NCBI GenBank assembly: GCA_964655465.1
Contig: CAZZND010000001.1
Coordinates: forward strand, 1 to 54,452
Length of the DNA stretch: 54,452 nt
Direction of reading: 5' to 3'
Source: an uncultured Actinomycetes bacterium
GTDB lineage: Bacteria > Actinomycetota > UBA4738 > HRBIN12
A model generated the notes under the pieces. That model was not told the DNA's origin and ran no database searches. It saw only the letters and a list, made by a program, of their open reading frames with translations. Every line of letters begins with the position of its first letter. Within the stretch, counting starts at the first letter, position 1. Position numbers and translations under genes: made by a program. Shown here one piece after another: positions 1 to 9,096 of this stretch.

Positions 1-1
1 C

Positions 2-73
2 GACGAGGCGCTCGAAGGGCTCACGCGCGACGGTCTCGTCGTCGTCGCGCGCGGCCGCGCCCGGCTCGCGTGA
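2..73 (+). CDS. 3' end of an upstream gene (partial, product not assignable)
   Basis: An open frame enters the window and reads ...DEALEGLTRDGLVVVARGRARLA, then TGA at 71-73. It is too short to assign. Confidence 0.3.
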   Translation, partial: DEALEGLTRDGLVVVARGRARLA

Positions 74-179
74 CCCAACGGGTTCGACCCGGCGGCGGGC
101 CGGTAGACTCTCGCGGACCTCACGCCCGGCTGGTGCCGCCGGCCCGCCGCCGCGAGCCACGGAAGGACCTCCTCATACG

Positions 180-1868
180 ATGACCGACGTCCGCCGCACG
201 ACCTCCCGCCGCACCACCGCCCTCCTGCTGACCGTCATCCTCGTCGCGACCGGTTGCGCCGCGGTCGCGACTGCGGGCCCGCAGGCCGGGCTCGCGGCCG
301 CCGACGAAGACACCGCGTTCGCGCAGCAGCTTTGCGAGAACCTGCCGCAGCGCTGGCTGCAGCGCATGGCCAACGCGTTCCGCGACGACTTCAGCGGCGA
401 CGTGCAGTACCTGCCACGCTACCCCAACCCCGTGGACGGTGGTCTCTCGCACGCTGGTCCTTGGGACCACCTTCAGGAAGTCCCTCTGCTCGTGTGGGGA
501 CCCGGGTTCGTGAAGCCGGGCGTCTACCCGAAGGACGCGTCCCTCACCGACATCGCGCCCACCTCTGCCGCGCTCGTCAAGTTCCCGTATCAGGCGCCCG
601 ACGGCCGCGCGCTCACCGAGGGCCTGCTTCCTGCCGGCGAACGGAAGATGCCCAAGCTGGTCGTGACCCTGGTCTGGGACTCGAGCGGCATCAACGTGCT
701 CCAGGAGTGGCCGGACGACTGGCCCTTCCTGCGGTCCATGATCGAGGACGGCGCGTGGTTCCCCCACGCGACCGTCGGCATCTCGAACTCGAACACGCCA
801 CCCGGCCACGCGGCCATCGGCACCGGCGCGTTCCCCACGACGTCGGGGTTCGTCGACGAGTACCTGCGGATCGGCGACGCGCTCCCGCATCCCGGCGATG
901 GCGGCCCGTCCCTCTTGCTCTGGCCGACATTCGCCGACCTGTACGACCTCGCGAACGGCAACCGCCCCGTCGTGGGCGCCGTCGCGACGCTCGCGTCGCA
1001 CACGATGATGATGAGCCACGGGGCGATGTGGAACGGCGGTGACCGCGATATCTCGGTCGTGCGCCAAGCGATCGACGCCGAGACGAGCGGCGTCGAGGCC
1101 GTCGAGTGGAACCTGCCCGGCGAGGCGCGCCTGTACTACAAGTTCCCGCTGTACGCGAACGAGGTGTCCGCGATCGACGAGTTCAACCGCGAGCTTGACC
1201 AGCGCGACGGGCAGCTCGATGGCAACTGGCGGACGCACTCCATCGAGCAGCTCCGCAACGGGTTCGACACGCCGGCCCGAACGCCCTATCAGAGCCAACT
1301 GGTCGAAGCGGTCGTGGAGCGCGAGGGGTTCGGCGCCGACGCCACTCCCGACCTGCTGTTCCTCAATTACAAGGCCATCGACACGATCGGTCACTCGTTC
1401 GGTATGAGCAGCCCCGAGATGCAAGACACCGTCCGGTACCAGGACGAGGCGCTCGAGCAGATCGTCACGTTCCTGAACGAGCAGGTTGGCGAAGGCGAGT
1501 GGGCCTTGGTGCTGACGGCCGACCACGGATCCCAGTACCCCTGGGAGGTCAGCGGTGGCATCCCGATCGACCCGCCCAAGATGAAGGCGCTCGTGAACGA
1601 GCGGTTCGATAGCGATGACGACGGCGTGGCGGCGTTCCAGCAGATCCGCCCGACGCAGCTGTGGGCCGACCTCGACGAGCTCGAGCAGAACGGCTTCACG
1701 ACCGACGACGTGGCGAACTACATCGCGGGTCTGACGGCGGCGCAGGTCGCGCGGACGGACTACCCACTCAGCGACGCGCAGGCGGACGACCTCGTCTACG
1801 AGACCGCATTCCCGAGCCGCGTCATGGACCAGCTGGATTGCGTGACGGAAACCGGGGAGGGCACCTGA
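180..1868 (+). CDS. Alkaline-phosphatase-superfamily protein (nucleotide pyrophosphatase/phosphodiesterase-like), secreted or lipoprotein
   Basis: 562-aa ORF. The N-terminal signal peptide ends LVATGC (weak lipobox). AlkP-superfamily blocks YKAIDTIGHSFG and LVLTADHG are present. The stop overlaps the next start (TGATG at 1866-1870). Confidence 0.85.
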   Translation: MTDVRRTTSRRTTALLLTVILVATGCAAVATAGPQAGLAAADEDTAFAQQLCENLPQRWLQRMANAFRDDFSGDVQYLPRYPNPVDGGLSHAGPWDHLQEVPLLVWGPGFVKPGVYPKDASLTDIAPTSAALVKFPYQAPDGRALTEGLLPAGERKMPKLVVTLVWDSSGINVLQEWPDDWPFLRSMIEDGAWFPHATVGISNSNTPPGHAAIGTGAFPTTSGFVDEYLRIGDALPHPGDGGPSLLLWPTFADLYDLANGNRPVVGAVATLASHTMMMSHGAMWNGGDRDISVVRQAIDAETSGVEAVEWNLPGEARLYYKFPLYANEVSAIDEFNRELDQRDGQLDGNWRTHSIEQLRNGFDTPARTPYQSQLVEAVVEREGFGADATPDLLFLNYKAIDTIGHSFGMSSPEMQDTVRYQDEALEQIVTFLNEQVGEGEWALVLTADHGSQYPWEVSGGIPIDPPKMKALVNERFDSDDDGVAAFQQIRPTQLWADLDELEQNGFTTDDVANYIAGLTAAQVARTDYPLSDAQADDLVYETAFPSRVMDQLDCVTETGEGT

Positions 1869-4800
1869 TGGCCGACGCCGCGACGACGCGGGCCCGGTTC
1901 GGCACCGGGGCGATCGCGATCGCGTGCGCGGCGATCGTCCTGCTGATGCTCGGGTGGCAGTTCATCCAGGACCCGTCGTTGTCGGCGCCTACCCGGGACC
2001 CCGCCTGGTACACGTGGCGCGCCCAGGTGATCCTGGATAGCGACCCCGGCGAGGTCACGGGCGAGTGGGGCCCGTTCGTCGGTGCCGACCCGGCGGTGGG
2101 CAAGGAAGGCACGGCGCTGCTCTCCGCTGGCTACCGGGTCACCGCGCCGCTCGCCGGGGCCTTGTTGCAGCGCGTCGCGGGGATCGACAAGTACTCGTTC
2201 TCTGCCTTCCTGATGCTCGGCATGCCGGTGCTGACCGGCCTCGCGTTCGCCGCGGGCGCCTATCGATCGCGGAAGCACTGGCTCGTCATCCCGATGACGA
2301 TCTTGGCCACGGCCGCGTTGTTCATGACGACGCCGTACGTGGGCTACCTGGACAACATCACGGTGCTGTTCCTGCTGGCGCTCACGTTCCCGTTCCTGGG
2401 CGCGGCGCGCACGCACTGGGGCGCTCGGATCGCGCTGATCCTCATCGGTGCGGCGGCCGCGTTCACGCATCCGACGACCTGCGTCCTGTTCGGCCTGATG
2501 ATGCTCGGCGTCTTCGGGTTCCACTTCCTGACGTCGCGGATCCGCCTGGCGCCGGCCCTCAAGTCGGACGGCCCCGCGCTGCTATCTGTCGGCTTCGGCA
2601 TGATCGCGGGTCTCGCGTGCTGGGTCCTCGGCATCTGGGGGGTCGTGGGCAACCTGAACGACGCCGCGCTGCCGCCCCCGTACACGAAGGCGTTCTTCGT
2701 CGAGCGGCTGAGCGAGTGGGTGCTGTCGCTCCAGCCGCAGATCACCGTGCCGCTTCTCGTGTTCGCCGTGATCTCGACCATCCTTCTCGCTCGGCGCGAG
2801 CGCAGGCCCGCCGACCCCTACGACATCCACGCCGCGTGGTGGATGTTCCCGTTCATCGGGATCGCGACCGTGCTCACCGGCGCGGACTTCGACGTGGCGG
2901 GCGTCGACCCCGGGATCGTCCCGTACTACCGGTTCATGAACGCGTCCGCGGCGCCGATGGCGCTGGTTGGCCTCGGCGGGTTCGCCGTGATCATGTGGTT
3001 CTGGCGGAAGGACTCGCTGAAGCTCGCCCCGGCCGCCATCGCTGGCGGCCTGCTGATCGTGTGGTCGCTCGCCTGGATCGCGGTCGGCGACCTGCAGGGC
3101 GGATTCGAGACGTACGCCGCGTGGGCGTTCGTCGCGCTGGGCGTGCTCGCGATGATCCGGCCGATCCTCGAAGGTGGGCTCGTCCCCGTCGTGGCCGTCC
3201 TCGCGGTCGTGGCCATCGTCGGGTCGCTGGGATGGATGTTCCTGTTCGGATTGCGGCCCTCGAACTGGGTGAGCGAGAAGACCCAATGGGCGAACCAGAA
3301 GGTCCGCGCGTCGCTCGTCGCGGTCAACGAGGTCATCCAGGCAGCCGGCGAGCGGCCCAACGTCCTGGTCATGAACTACAACGACGTCGACGACCCCGAG
3401 ACGCAGGCGAACACCGCCTACGGATGGGCGAAGACCTACACGAACGTGTTCCGCACCGGTCTGCCGGGCGACCGGGCGCGCCAGAGCGTGACGTACCTGG
3501 GCACGGTCGGGAACCTCCTTGCCGGCGAGCAGACCGTCGGCGCGAGCGACGGCTACAACCGCGCCTCGACCGAGCACTTCGACGAGTTCGGCCGTCGTCT
3601 CGAGGAGTACCCCGAGGACCCGGTCGTGTTCCTCATCGGCCAGTACTACGGCGGTCTGTGCAACGCCGGCGCTTGTCCCGACGACGACCCCGCGACCCCC
3701 GACGTGAACGAGCGCACCGAGGCGCAGGCCGCGAACCTCGAGGCGGCGCTCGCCGAGGGGAAAGCCGTCGAGGTCGGTCCCGACGTCTACGTGCTCACGG
3801 GCGACGGGCTGTGGGAGCCGCCGGCCGACGTCGTCGCGAGCGCGAACGCGCGAGCTACCGAGGAGGCAGCGCGGTTCGCGGACCACCCGTCGGCTGCTGC
3901 GAACCCGCTGCACACGCTCGCGGTGCTCGCGGGCCTGTTCGTCCTCGCCATCCTCCCCGGGCTGCTGTCGATGCGGTTCTTCGGCGCCGACTCGGGCGTG
4001 TCGCGCGCAGCGATCGTCCCCGGCATGTCGGTGGTCCTGACGCTGCTGTCGGGGATCGCCGTGTTGTCGGTGTGGCGTGGTCCGCTCACCACGGGCAAGG
4101 GCTGGGTGATCGCCGGCGTCTCCGTCGGCATCGGCGCGCTCCTCGGGTTCGCCGGCGACACGATCCTCAAGCCTTTCCGCGGCTTCGCCGGTTTCTTCGA
4201 CAAGCTCTTCTCGCAGTTCTCGAACGTGGACTTCGCGGTCCTGATGGGTGTGCAGTTCCTGGCCCAGATGGGGCAGGGCATCGTGCAGGGCGCGATCGCG
4301 AAATCGCTCGCGTTCGGCGGCGAGAAGGGCTTCGACGTGCAGAACCTGCCGTCGGCGAAGTACCTGCTGACCGTCGTGCTGTTCCTGTACGTGCCGTACC
4401 TGTTCGTCTCGCCGATCATGGGCGTGTTCATCGACCGGTTCCCGCGCCGGCGCGTCGTGTGGATCGCCTCGTTGATCACGGCCGGCACCATCGCCGCGGT
4501 GGCGATCGCCGTGATGGCGCCGCTCGGGTCCGAGACGACCGAGGGGAAGACGCTGTCGACCGCGGGTCTGATCCTCGCCCTGATCGGCGTCCAGACGTGC
4601 GCCCGTGTCGTGCTCGCGGTGAAGTCGGCCGCCGTACCCGACGTGCTGTCGGGCAAGGACCTGCTGCAGGGCAACTCGGTGTCGCAGGCCGGCGGCGGCT
4701 TCTTCCAGCTGGTGGGGATCGCGGTGGGCGGCGTCGCCGCCGGTCTGCTGCCTCCGTTCATCCCGACGTTGATCGGCGCCGCCGTGTTCGTCATCGCCGG

Positions 4801-5551
4801 GATCGTCGCGCAGCGGCTCCGCCACACCGAGATCACGGCCCACGCGACCTCGCTCGGTCGCGAGATCTCGCACGTCTTCCGGAGCGTCGGCCAGGGATTG
4901 CGCGAGGTGTGGGGCCGCGCGGCCGCCAAGATGGGGCTCGCCTCGTTCCAGATGCTGCGCTACCAGTTCTGGGGCTTCAACGCGTTCACGTTCGGCCTGT
5001 ACGCGAAGTACCTCGCCGAGAGCGGCGACGCCGAGAGCTTGTCGCTCGTGATCTCGGGCACCGGGGGTCTGCTCGGCGCCGCGCTCGGGATCGTGGTCGC
5101 GCAGAAGCTGAAGGACCGCGTCGCGCCCGCGCGGCTGATGATCTCGGCGATGGTCGTGATGGGTGCCGGCACGCTGGTCGGCGGCGTGCTGCTGTCCATC
5201 ACCGGCTTCGCGATCATGCTGTTCGCCGGGTTCTTCGGCTTCTTCCTGGGGAAGGTCTCGGCCGACACGGTCGTGCAGCAGGCCATGCCCGACGACTTCC
5301 GCGGCCGCGCGTTCGCCCTGTTCGACATCGCCTACAACCTCGGCTTCATCATCCCGGCGTTCATCCTGTACCTCGTCTGGGTCGAGGGCAGCGGCGCCCG
5401 AACGCGGGCGATCCTGTTGGTCTCGGGCGCGGTGTTCCTGGTGCTGACGGCGCTGATCGCGTCGTGGGCGCGCCGGATCCGCGGCGAGCTCGCACCCCAG
5501 GACGACCTGATCGGCGAAGAGGCCGAAGAGCTGACGTCGGCGCTGGAGTAG
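1868..5551 (+). CDS. Large polytopic membrane protein: N-terminal multi-TM domain (GT-C/DUF-like), soluble linker, C-terminal MFS-type transporter domain
   Basis: ATG at 1868 is in frame within ORF 1661..5551 (MADAATTRARFG...). There are many hydrophobic helices in the first ~560 aa, then an acidic soluble segment (NYNDVDDPETQ...GLCNAGACPDDDP). The C-terminal ~500 aa carry an MFS motif-A-like GVFIDRFPRRRVVW. Length from this start is 1227 aa. Confidence 0.8.
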   Translation: MADAATTRARFGTGAIAIACAAIVLLMLGWQFIQDPSLSAPTRDPAWYTWRAQVILDSDPGEVTGEWGPFVGADPAVGKEGTALLSAGYRVTAPLAGALLQRVAGIDKYSFSAFLMLGMPVLTGLAFAAGAYRSRKHWLVIPMTILATAALFMTTPYVGYLDNITVLFLLALTFPFLGAARTHWGARIALILIGAAAAFTHPTTCVLFGLMMLGVFGFHFLTSRIRLAPALKSDGPALLSVGFGMIAGLACWVLGIWGVVGNLNDAALPPPYTKAFFVERLSEWVLSLQPQITVPLLVFAVISTILLARRERRPADPYDIHAAWWMFPFIGIATVLTGADFDVAGVDPGIVPYYRFMNASAAPMALVGLGGFAVIMWFWRKDSLKLAPAAIAGGLLIVWSLAWIAVGDLQGGFETYAAWAFVALGVLAMIRPILEGGLVPVVAVLAVVAIVGSLGWMFLFGLRPSNWVSEKTQWANQKVRASLVAVNEVIQAAGERPNVLVMNYNDVDDPETQANTAYGWAKTYTNVFRTGLPGDRARQSVTYLGTVGNLLAGEQTVGASDGYNRASTEHFDEFGRRLEEYPEDPVVFLIGQYYGGLCNAGACPDDDPATPDVNERTEAQAANLEAALAEGKAVEVGPDVYVLTGDGLWEPPADVVASANARATEEAARFADHPSAAANPLHTLAVLAGLFVLAILPGLLSMRFFGADSGVSRAAIVPGMSVVLTLLSGIAVLSVWRGPLTTGKGWVIAGVSVGIGALLGFAGDTILKPFRGFAGFFDKLFSQFSNVDFAVLMGVQFLAQMGQGIVQGAIAKSLAFGGEKGFDVQNLPSAKYLLTVVLFLYVPYLFVSPIMGVFIDRFPRRRVVWIASLITAGTIAAVAIAVMAPLGSETTEGKTLSTAGLILALIGVQTCARVVLAVKSAAVPDVLSGKDLLQGNSVSQAGGGFFQLVGIAVGGVAAGLLPPFIPTLIGAAVFVIAGIVAQRLRHTEITAHATSLGREISHVFRSVGQGLREVWGRAAAKMGLASFQMLRYQFWGFNAFTFGLYAKYLAESGDAESLSLVISGTGGLLGAALGIVVAQKLKDRVAPARLMISAMVVMGAGTLVGGVLLSITGFAIMLFAGFFGFFLGKVSADTVVQQAMPDDFRGRAFALFDIAYNLGFIIPAFILYLVWVEGSGARTRAILLVSGAVFLVLTALIASWARRIRGELAPQDDLIGEEAEELTSALE

Positions 5552-5554
5552 CCG

Positions 5555-5910
5555 GTGGACCTCTACGCACGCGACGGTGTGCGGCTGCACGTCGAGGTCG
5601 ACGGCTCGGGCGACCCCGTCACGGTGCTCGCGCACGGCCTCACGAGCTCCGCCATGAAGCTCGCCGCGTTCACGCCGTTCGTACCTGGCACCAAGGCGCG
5701 GTTCTGCTCCCGGGGTCACGGGCACTCGGGGCGTGGCGAGGCCGGGCACTACGGGTTCGCCGACCACGCGGCGGATCTGGCTTCGGTCGCCGACGAGATC
5801 GGCGCCACGCGCGCAGTGGGGACCTCGCGGCCTCGCTCCCGGACGCCGAGCTCGTGATGCTCGGCTCCGAGGCCGACCTCGTCGCCCGGGTCGCGGCCTT
5901 CGTCTCGTAG
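5555..5910 (+). pseudogene. Alpha/beta-hydrolase remnant (internal deletion plus frameshift)
   Basis: A GTG-started frame gives a typical N-terminus (MDLYARDGVRLHVEVDGSGDPVTVLAHGLTSS...DEIGATRAVG) and stops at 5857. A different frame continues with a typical C-terminus (...DLAASLPDAELVMLGSEADLVARVAAFVS*, stop at 5910). The GxSxG nucleophile elbow and the ~150-aa core are missing. Confidence 0.6.
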
Positions 5911-5954
5911 GCGACACGAACGACCGGCGAACGTTCACCCGTGGGAGCGCGCGA

Positions 5955-5983
5955 CTTGACACCCGAAGTGTCGACTGTAGACA
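5955..5983 (+). promoter_or_regulatory. Promoter with phased GTNNAC operator (site 1), upstream of the oxidoreductase operon
   Basis: TTGACA (5956-5961), a 16-nt spacer, then TAGACA (5978-5983). GTCGAC-T-GTAGAC at 5970-5982 overlaps the -10. Confidence 0.6.
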
Positions 5984-6050
5984 ATCCGCGCGAACGGCCG
6001 GGAGAACTGGCCGGCACGGCGATCGGGGAGGGGAGCGTGAAGCGCTCGTC

Positions 6051-7691
6051 GTGACCTACGACGCGATCATCATCGGTGGCGGCCACAACGGGCTCGTCGC
6101 CGGCTTCTACCTCGCGAAGGCCGGGCTGAAGCCGCTCATCCTCGAGCGACGCCCGTTCGTCGGCGGCGCCTGCAACACGGAGGAGTTCGCTCCCGGGTTC
6201 CGGGCCTCGACCGGCGCCTACGTGCTCTCGATGCTCCGCGAGGCCATCTGGTGGGACATGCGTCTCGTGCAGCGAGGGATCGTCGTCGACCCCGCAGGCC
6301 CGACGCTGAACCTCAACCCCGACGGCGCCGCGTTCCACCTCGGTGACGACATGGCGGCGAACATCGAGGAGACGAAGCGGTTCTCCCCGAAAGATGCCCT
6401 CGCGTTGCCTCGTTTCGAGGACGACCTGGCCGAGATGGCGGGTGCCGTCACGCCGGCGTTCAACTGGACCGCGCCCGACCCGCGCCTGCGCAAGCCCTCC
6501 GACCTCCGCGAGCTCGCCCGCTGGGGACGGATCGGGCTGCGTCATCGGCGGCGGTTGGCCGACCTGGCGTTCCTGTTCTCCACCTCGGCGGCGCGGTTCC
6601 TCGACGAACGGTTCGAGGACGATCACGTGAAGGCGGCGATCGGGTGGCACGCCATCAACGACAGCCTGGCGGGTCCGTCGACCCCCGGGACCGCCTACGT
6701 CCTGCTGCACGACCACGCGAGCGAGGAGACCGGCGGCGGTGTCCGTCGGTGGGGCTTCGTCCGCGGCGGGATGGGTCGGCTCACGGCGAGCATGGCGGAG
6801 GCCGCGCGCGAGGCGGGTGCCGAGATCCGGTGCGACACCGAGGTCGAGCGCATCCTCACTCGCGGCGGCGTGGCGGTCGGCGTCGAGCTCGCGAACGGAG
6901 AGGTCCTGCAGGCCCCGCGCGTGCTGTCCAACGCCGACCCGAAGCGGACGTTCCTGCGTCTGTGCGACCGCGGTGACCTACCCGAGGACTTCCTGGCGAA
7001 GATCGAGGCCTACCGCTGCATCGGTACGAGCATCAAGATCAACCTCGCGGTCTCGGAGCTGCCACAGGTTCGTGGGCTCCCCGAAGGGGGCGTCCAGCCG
7101 TACCACCGTGGGATCATGGAGCTCAACCCGTTCATCCCCGATATGGACCGCCAGCAGGCCCAGGCGATGCAGGGGATCCCGGCGGATCCCTCGCACGTCG
7201 AGCTGTGCTTCCCGACGGTGCACGATCCTTCGCTCGCACCCGAGGGCAAGCACGTCGTCACGATCGACGTGAACTCGCAGCCGTACGCGTTGCGAGACAC
7301 CGACTGGGACACCATCCGCGATGACCGCGCGGACCGCGCGATCGCGCAGATCGCGGAGTACTTCCCCAAGCTCCCCGACCTGATCGAGCATCGTCAGGTC
7401 CTGACGCCGCTCGATATGGAGCGAGTGATGGGGCTCACGGGTGGCCATGCGCTGCACGGCGACATGTCGCCCGACCAGCTGTTGTTCCTGCGTCCGGTCC
7501 GAGGCTGGGCGGACTATCGGACGCCGATCCGAGGGCTGTACCTCTGCGGCGCCGGCACCCATCCGGGTGGCGGTGTCACGGGGGCGAACGGACGCAACGC
7601 CTCTCGTGAGGTGCTGCGTGATGCGCGCACACGGATGCGCCGAGCCAGGAGGGGGAAGGTCGATGGGACGTCGAGCGATCCAGCGGCGTGA
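6051..7691 (+). CDS. NAD(P)/FAD-dependent oxidoreductase, phytoene-desaturase (CrtI)/PYROXD2-like family, paralog 1
   Basis: In-frame GTG at 6051 is followed at once by a Rossmann dinucleotide motif (YDAIIIGGGHNGLVAGFYLAKAGLKPLILERRPFVGGAC). The C-terminal block is LYLCGAGTHPGGGVTGANGRNA. The upstream part of ORF 5733.. is Arg/Pro-rich and overlaps the promoter. Confidence 0.85.
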   Translation: MTYDAIIIGGGHNGLVAGFYLAKAGLKPLILERRPFVGGACNTEEFAPGFRASTGAYVLSMLREAIWWDMRLVQRGIVVDPAGPTLNLNPDGAAFHLGDDMAANIEETKRFSPKDALALPRFEDDLAEMAGAVTPAFNWTAPDPRLRKPSDLRELARWGRIGLRHRRRLADLAFLFSTSAARFLDERFEDDHVKAAIGWHAINDSLAGPSTPGTAYVLLHDHASEETGGGVRRWGFVRGGMGRLTASMAEAAREAGAEIRCDTEVERILTRGGVAVGVELANGEVLQAPRVLSNADPKRTFLRLCDRGDLPEDFLAKIEAYRCIGTSIKINLAVSELPQVRGLPEGGVQPYHRGIMELNPFIPDMDRQQAQAMQGIPADPSHVELCFPTVHDPSLAPEGKHVVTIDVNSQPYALRDTDWDTIRDDRADRAIAQIAEYFPKLPDLIEHRQVLTPLDMERVMGLTGGHALHGDMSPDQLLFLRPVRGWADYRTPIRGLYLCGAGTHPGGGVTGANGRNASREVLRDARTRMRRARRGKVDGTSSDPAA

Positions 7692-9096
7692 GCTTCTCAA
7701 GATGGGCGCGGCAGCGGCCGTGCTCGGGGCGACGGGCGGTCTCACGCAGGCCGCGGCCGCGCGCCCGCGTTTCGCCGCGGCGCTCGCAGGCGCGCAGGGC
7801 CTGAGCCCCGCCGGGCCCGAGCTGGCGCTCCCACCGGGGTTCTCCTACAAGACGCTGTCGCCGTTCGGCTCGGCGCTGAGCGACGGGTTCCCGTGCCCGC
7901 CGATCCACGACGGGATGGGCGTCTACACCAACCCCGGCGGCGGCTACCGGATCGTGCGCAACCACGAGCTGGGCAGCGGGAACGACATCGGGCCCGGCAC
8001 GGTGATCGGCCGTCCGTGGACGGCATACGACCGGCTGGCACCCGGCGGCACGGTGACGCTCGTGGTCGACGGCGACGCGAACCTCGTCGAGCACTACATC
8101 AGCCTGAACGGCACCGACACCAACTGCGCGGGTGCCGAGACCCCGTGGGGCACGTGGCTCTCGTGCGAGGAGACGACGGTCGGCACCCACAGGGGCTGGG
8201 GCAAGCCGCACGGCTACCTGTTCGAGGTCGACCCGATGGGCGACGGCTCCGACGTCGGCAGACCGATCAAGGCTGCCGGACGGTTCGTGCACGAAGCGGC
8301 GGCGGTCGATCCCGAGACGTCGGTCGTGTTCATGACCGAGGACTGGAACCCCGACGGCTTCTACCGCTACGTCCCGGACGCCCCGGGCAACCTCCTCAAG
8401 GGCGGGGTCCTGCAGGCGCTGAAGGTGAAGGGTCATCCCCTGTACAACACCATCCAAGGCGAGACGGTCGGCGCCGTCTTGCCGGTGAGCTGGGTCGACA
8501 TCGACGACCCGGACCCGGACGACGCCGAGCGTGACGCCCGCGCGGTGCTCAAGCAGGCGAAGGCCAGGGGGGCCGCGCAGTTCCTCTCGGGGGAGGGGTG
8601 CACGTGGCGCGGCGACTCCGTCGTGTTCAGCTGCGGCGACGGCGGCGACAACGGCCGAGGGCAGATCTGGCAGTACACGCCGACGTCCAAGCGAGGGAGG
8701 GTCGGGGAGGAGGGCGAGCTGGTCCTGCTGTACCAGTCCACCGGCAAGGGACAGCTCGACTTCCCGGACAACCTGTGCACCAGCCCCGGTGGGGCGATCG
8801 TGATCGCGGAGGACGGCGACGACGAGCGGAACTTCCTGCGGGTCCTGCTCCCCGACGGGACGATCTTCGCCCTGGCCGAGAACCTCGTGCTGCTGCGCAA
8901 GCACATCATCGACGCGTCCGGCAAGCTCTACGACCCGACGGTGCCCGACGACGACTTCCACATCGACGACGGGGTCGGCGCCGGTGAGATGGCGGGCCCG
9001 CGGTTCAGCCCCGACGGGAAGTGGCTGTTCGTCAACATCCAGGTGCCGGGGGTCACGTGCGCGATCACCGGCGACTGGGACAGCCTGGGGATGTGA
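7663..9096 (+). CDS. Tat-secreted PhoX/DUF839-family phosphatase-like protein
   Basis: ATG at 7663 follows the RBS AGGAGGGGGAAG. Twin-arginine signal MGRRAIQRRELLKMGAAAAVLG. Blocks CAGAETPWGTWLSCEE, FEVDP, GRFVHEAAAVDP and MTEDWNPDGFYRY are typical of PhoX/DUF839. Confidence 0.8.
   Translation: MGRRAIQRRELLKMGAAAAVLGATGGLTQAAAARPRFAAALAGAQGLSPAGPELALPPGFSYKTLSPFGSALSDGFPCPPIHDGMGVYTNPGGGYRIVRNHELGSGNDIGPGTVIGRPWTAYDRLAPGGTVTLVVDGDANLVEHYISLNGTDTNCAGAETPWGTWLSCEETTVGTHRGWGKPHGYLFEVDPMGDGSDVGRPIKAAGRFVHEAAAVDPETSVVFMTEDWNPDGFYRYVPDAPGNLLKGGVLQALKVKGHPLYNTIQGETVGAVLPVSWVDIDDPDPDDAERDARAVLKQAKARGAAQFLSGEGCTWRGDSVVFSCGDGGDNGRGQIWQYTPTSKRGRVGEEGELVLLYQSTGKGQLDFPDNLCTSPGGAIVIAEDGDDERNFLRVLLPDGTIFALAENLVLLRKHIIDASGKLYDPTVPDDDFHIDDGVGAGEMAGPRFSPDGKWLFVNIQVPGVTCAITGDWDSLGM

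Noticed and set aside
120-1526. 468-aa minus-strand ORF antisense to the AlkP-family gene
   Set aside because: The translation is Arg/Gly/Asp/Val-rich and low-complexity with no recognisable motifs. It is a typical shadow ORF in GC-rich DNA, and the plus-strand frame carries clear AlkP-superfamily motifs and a signal peptide.
2065-5962. Very long alternative-frame ORFs (2065..5910 plus, 1281 aa; 2582..5962 minus, 1126 aa) over the membrane-fusion gene
   Set aside because: Both translate to Arg/Pro/Gly/Asp-rich polypeptides without hydrophobic structure. The 1868..5551 frame gives coherent TM helices and an MFS motif. Only the last ~90 nt of the 2065..5910 frame is meaningful, as the C-terminal piece of the hydrolase remnant.
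5733-6050. N-terminal 106-aa extension of the first FAD oxidoreductase ORF
   Set aside because: The Rossmann GxGxxG motif begins 6-7 codons after GTG 6051, as expected for the true N-terminus. The extension overlaps the hydrolase remnant and the promoter and operator, and it is Arg/Pro/Gly-rich.
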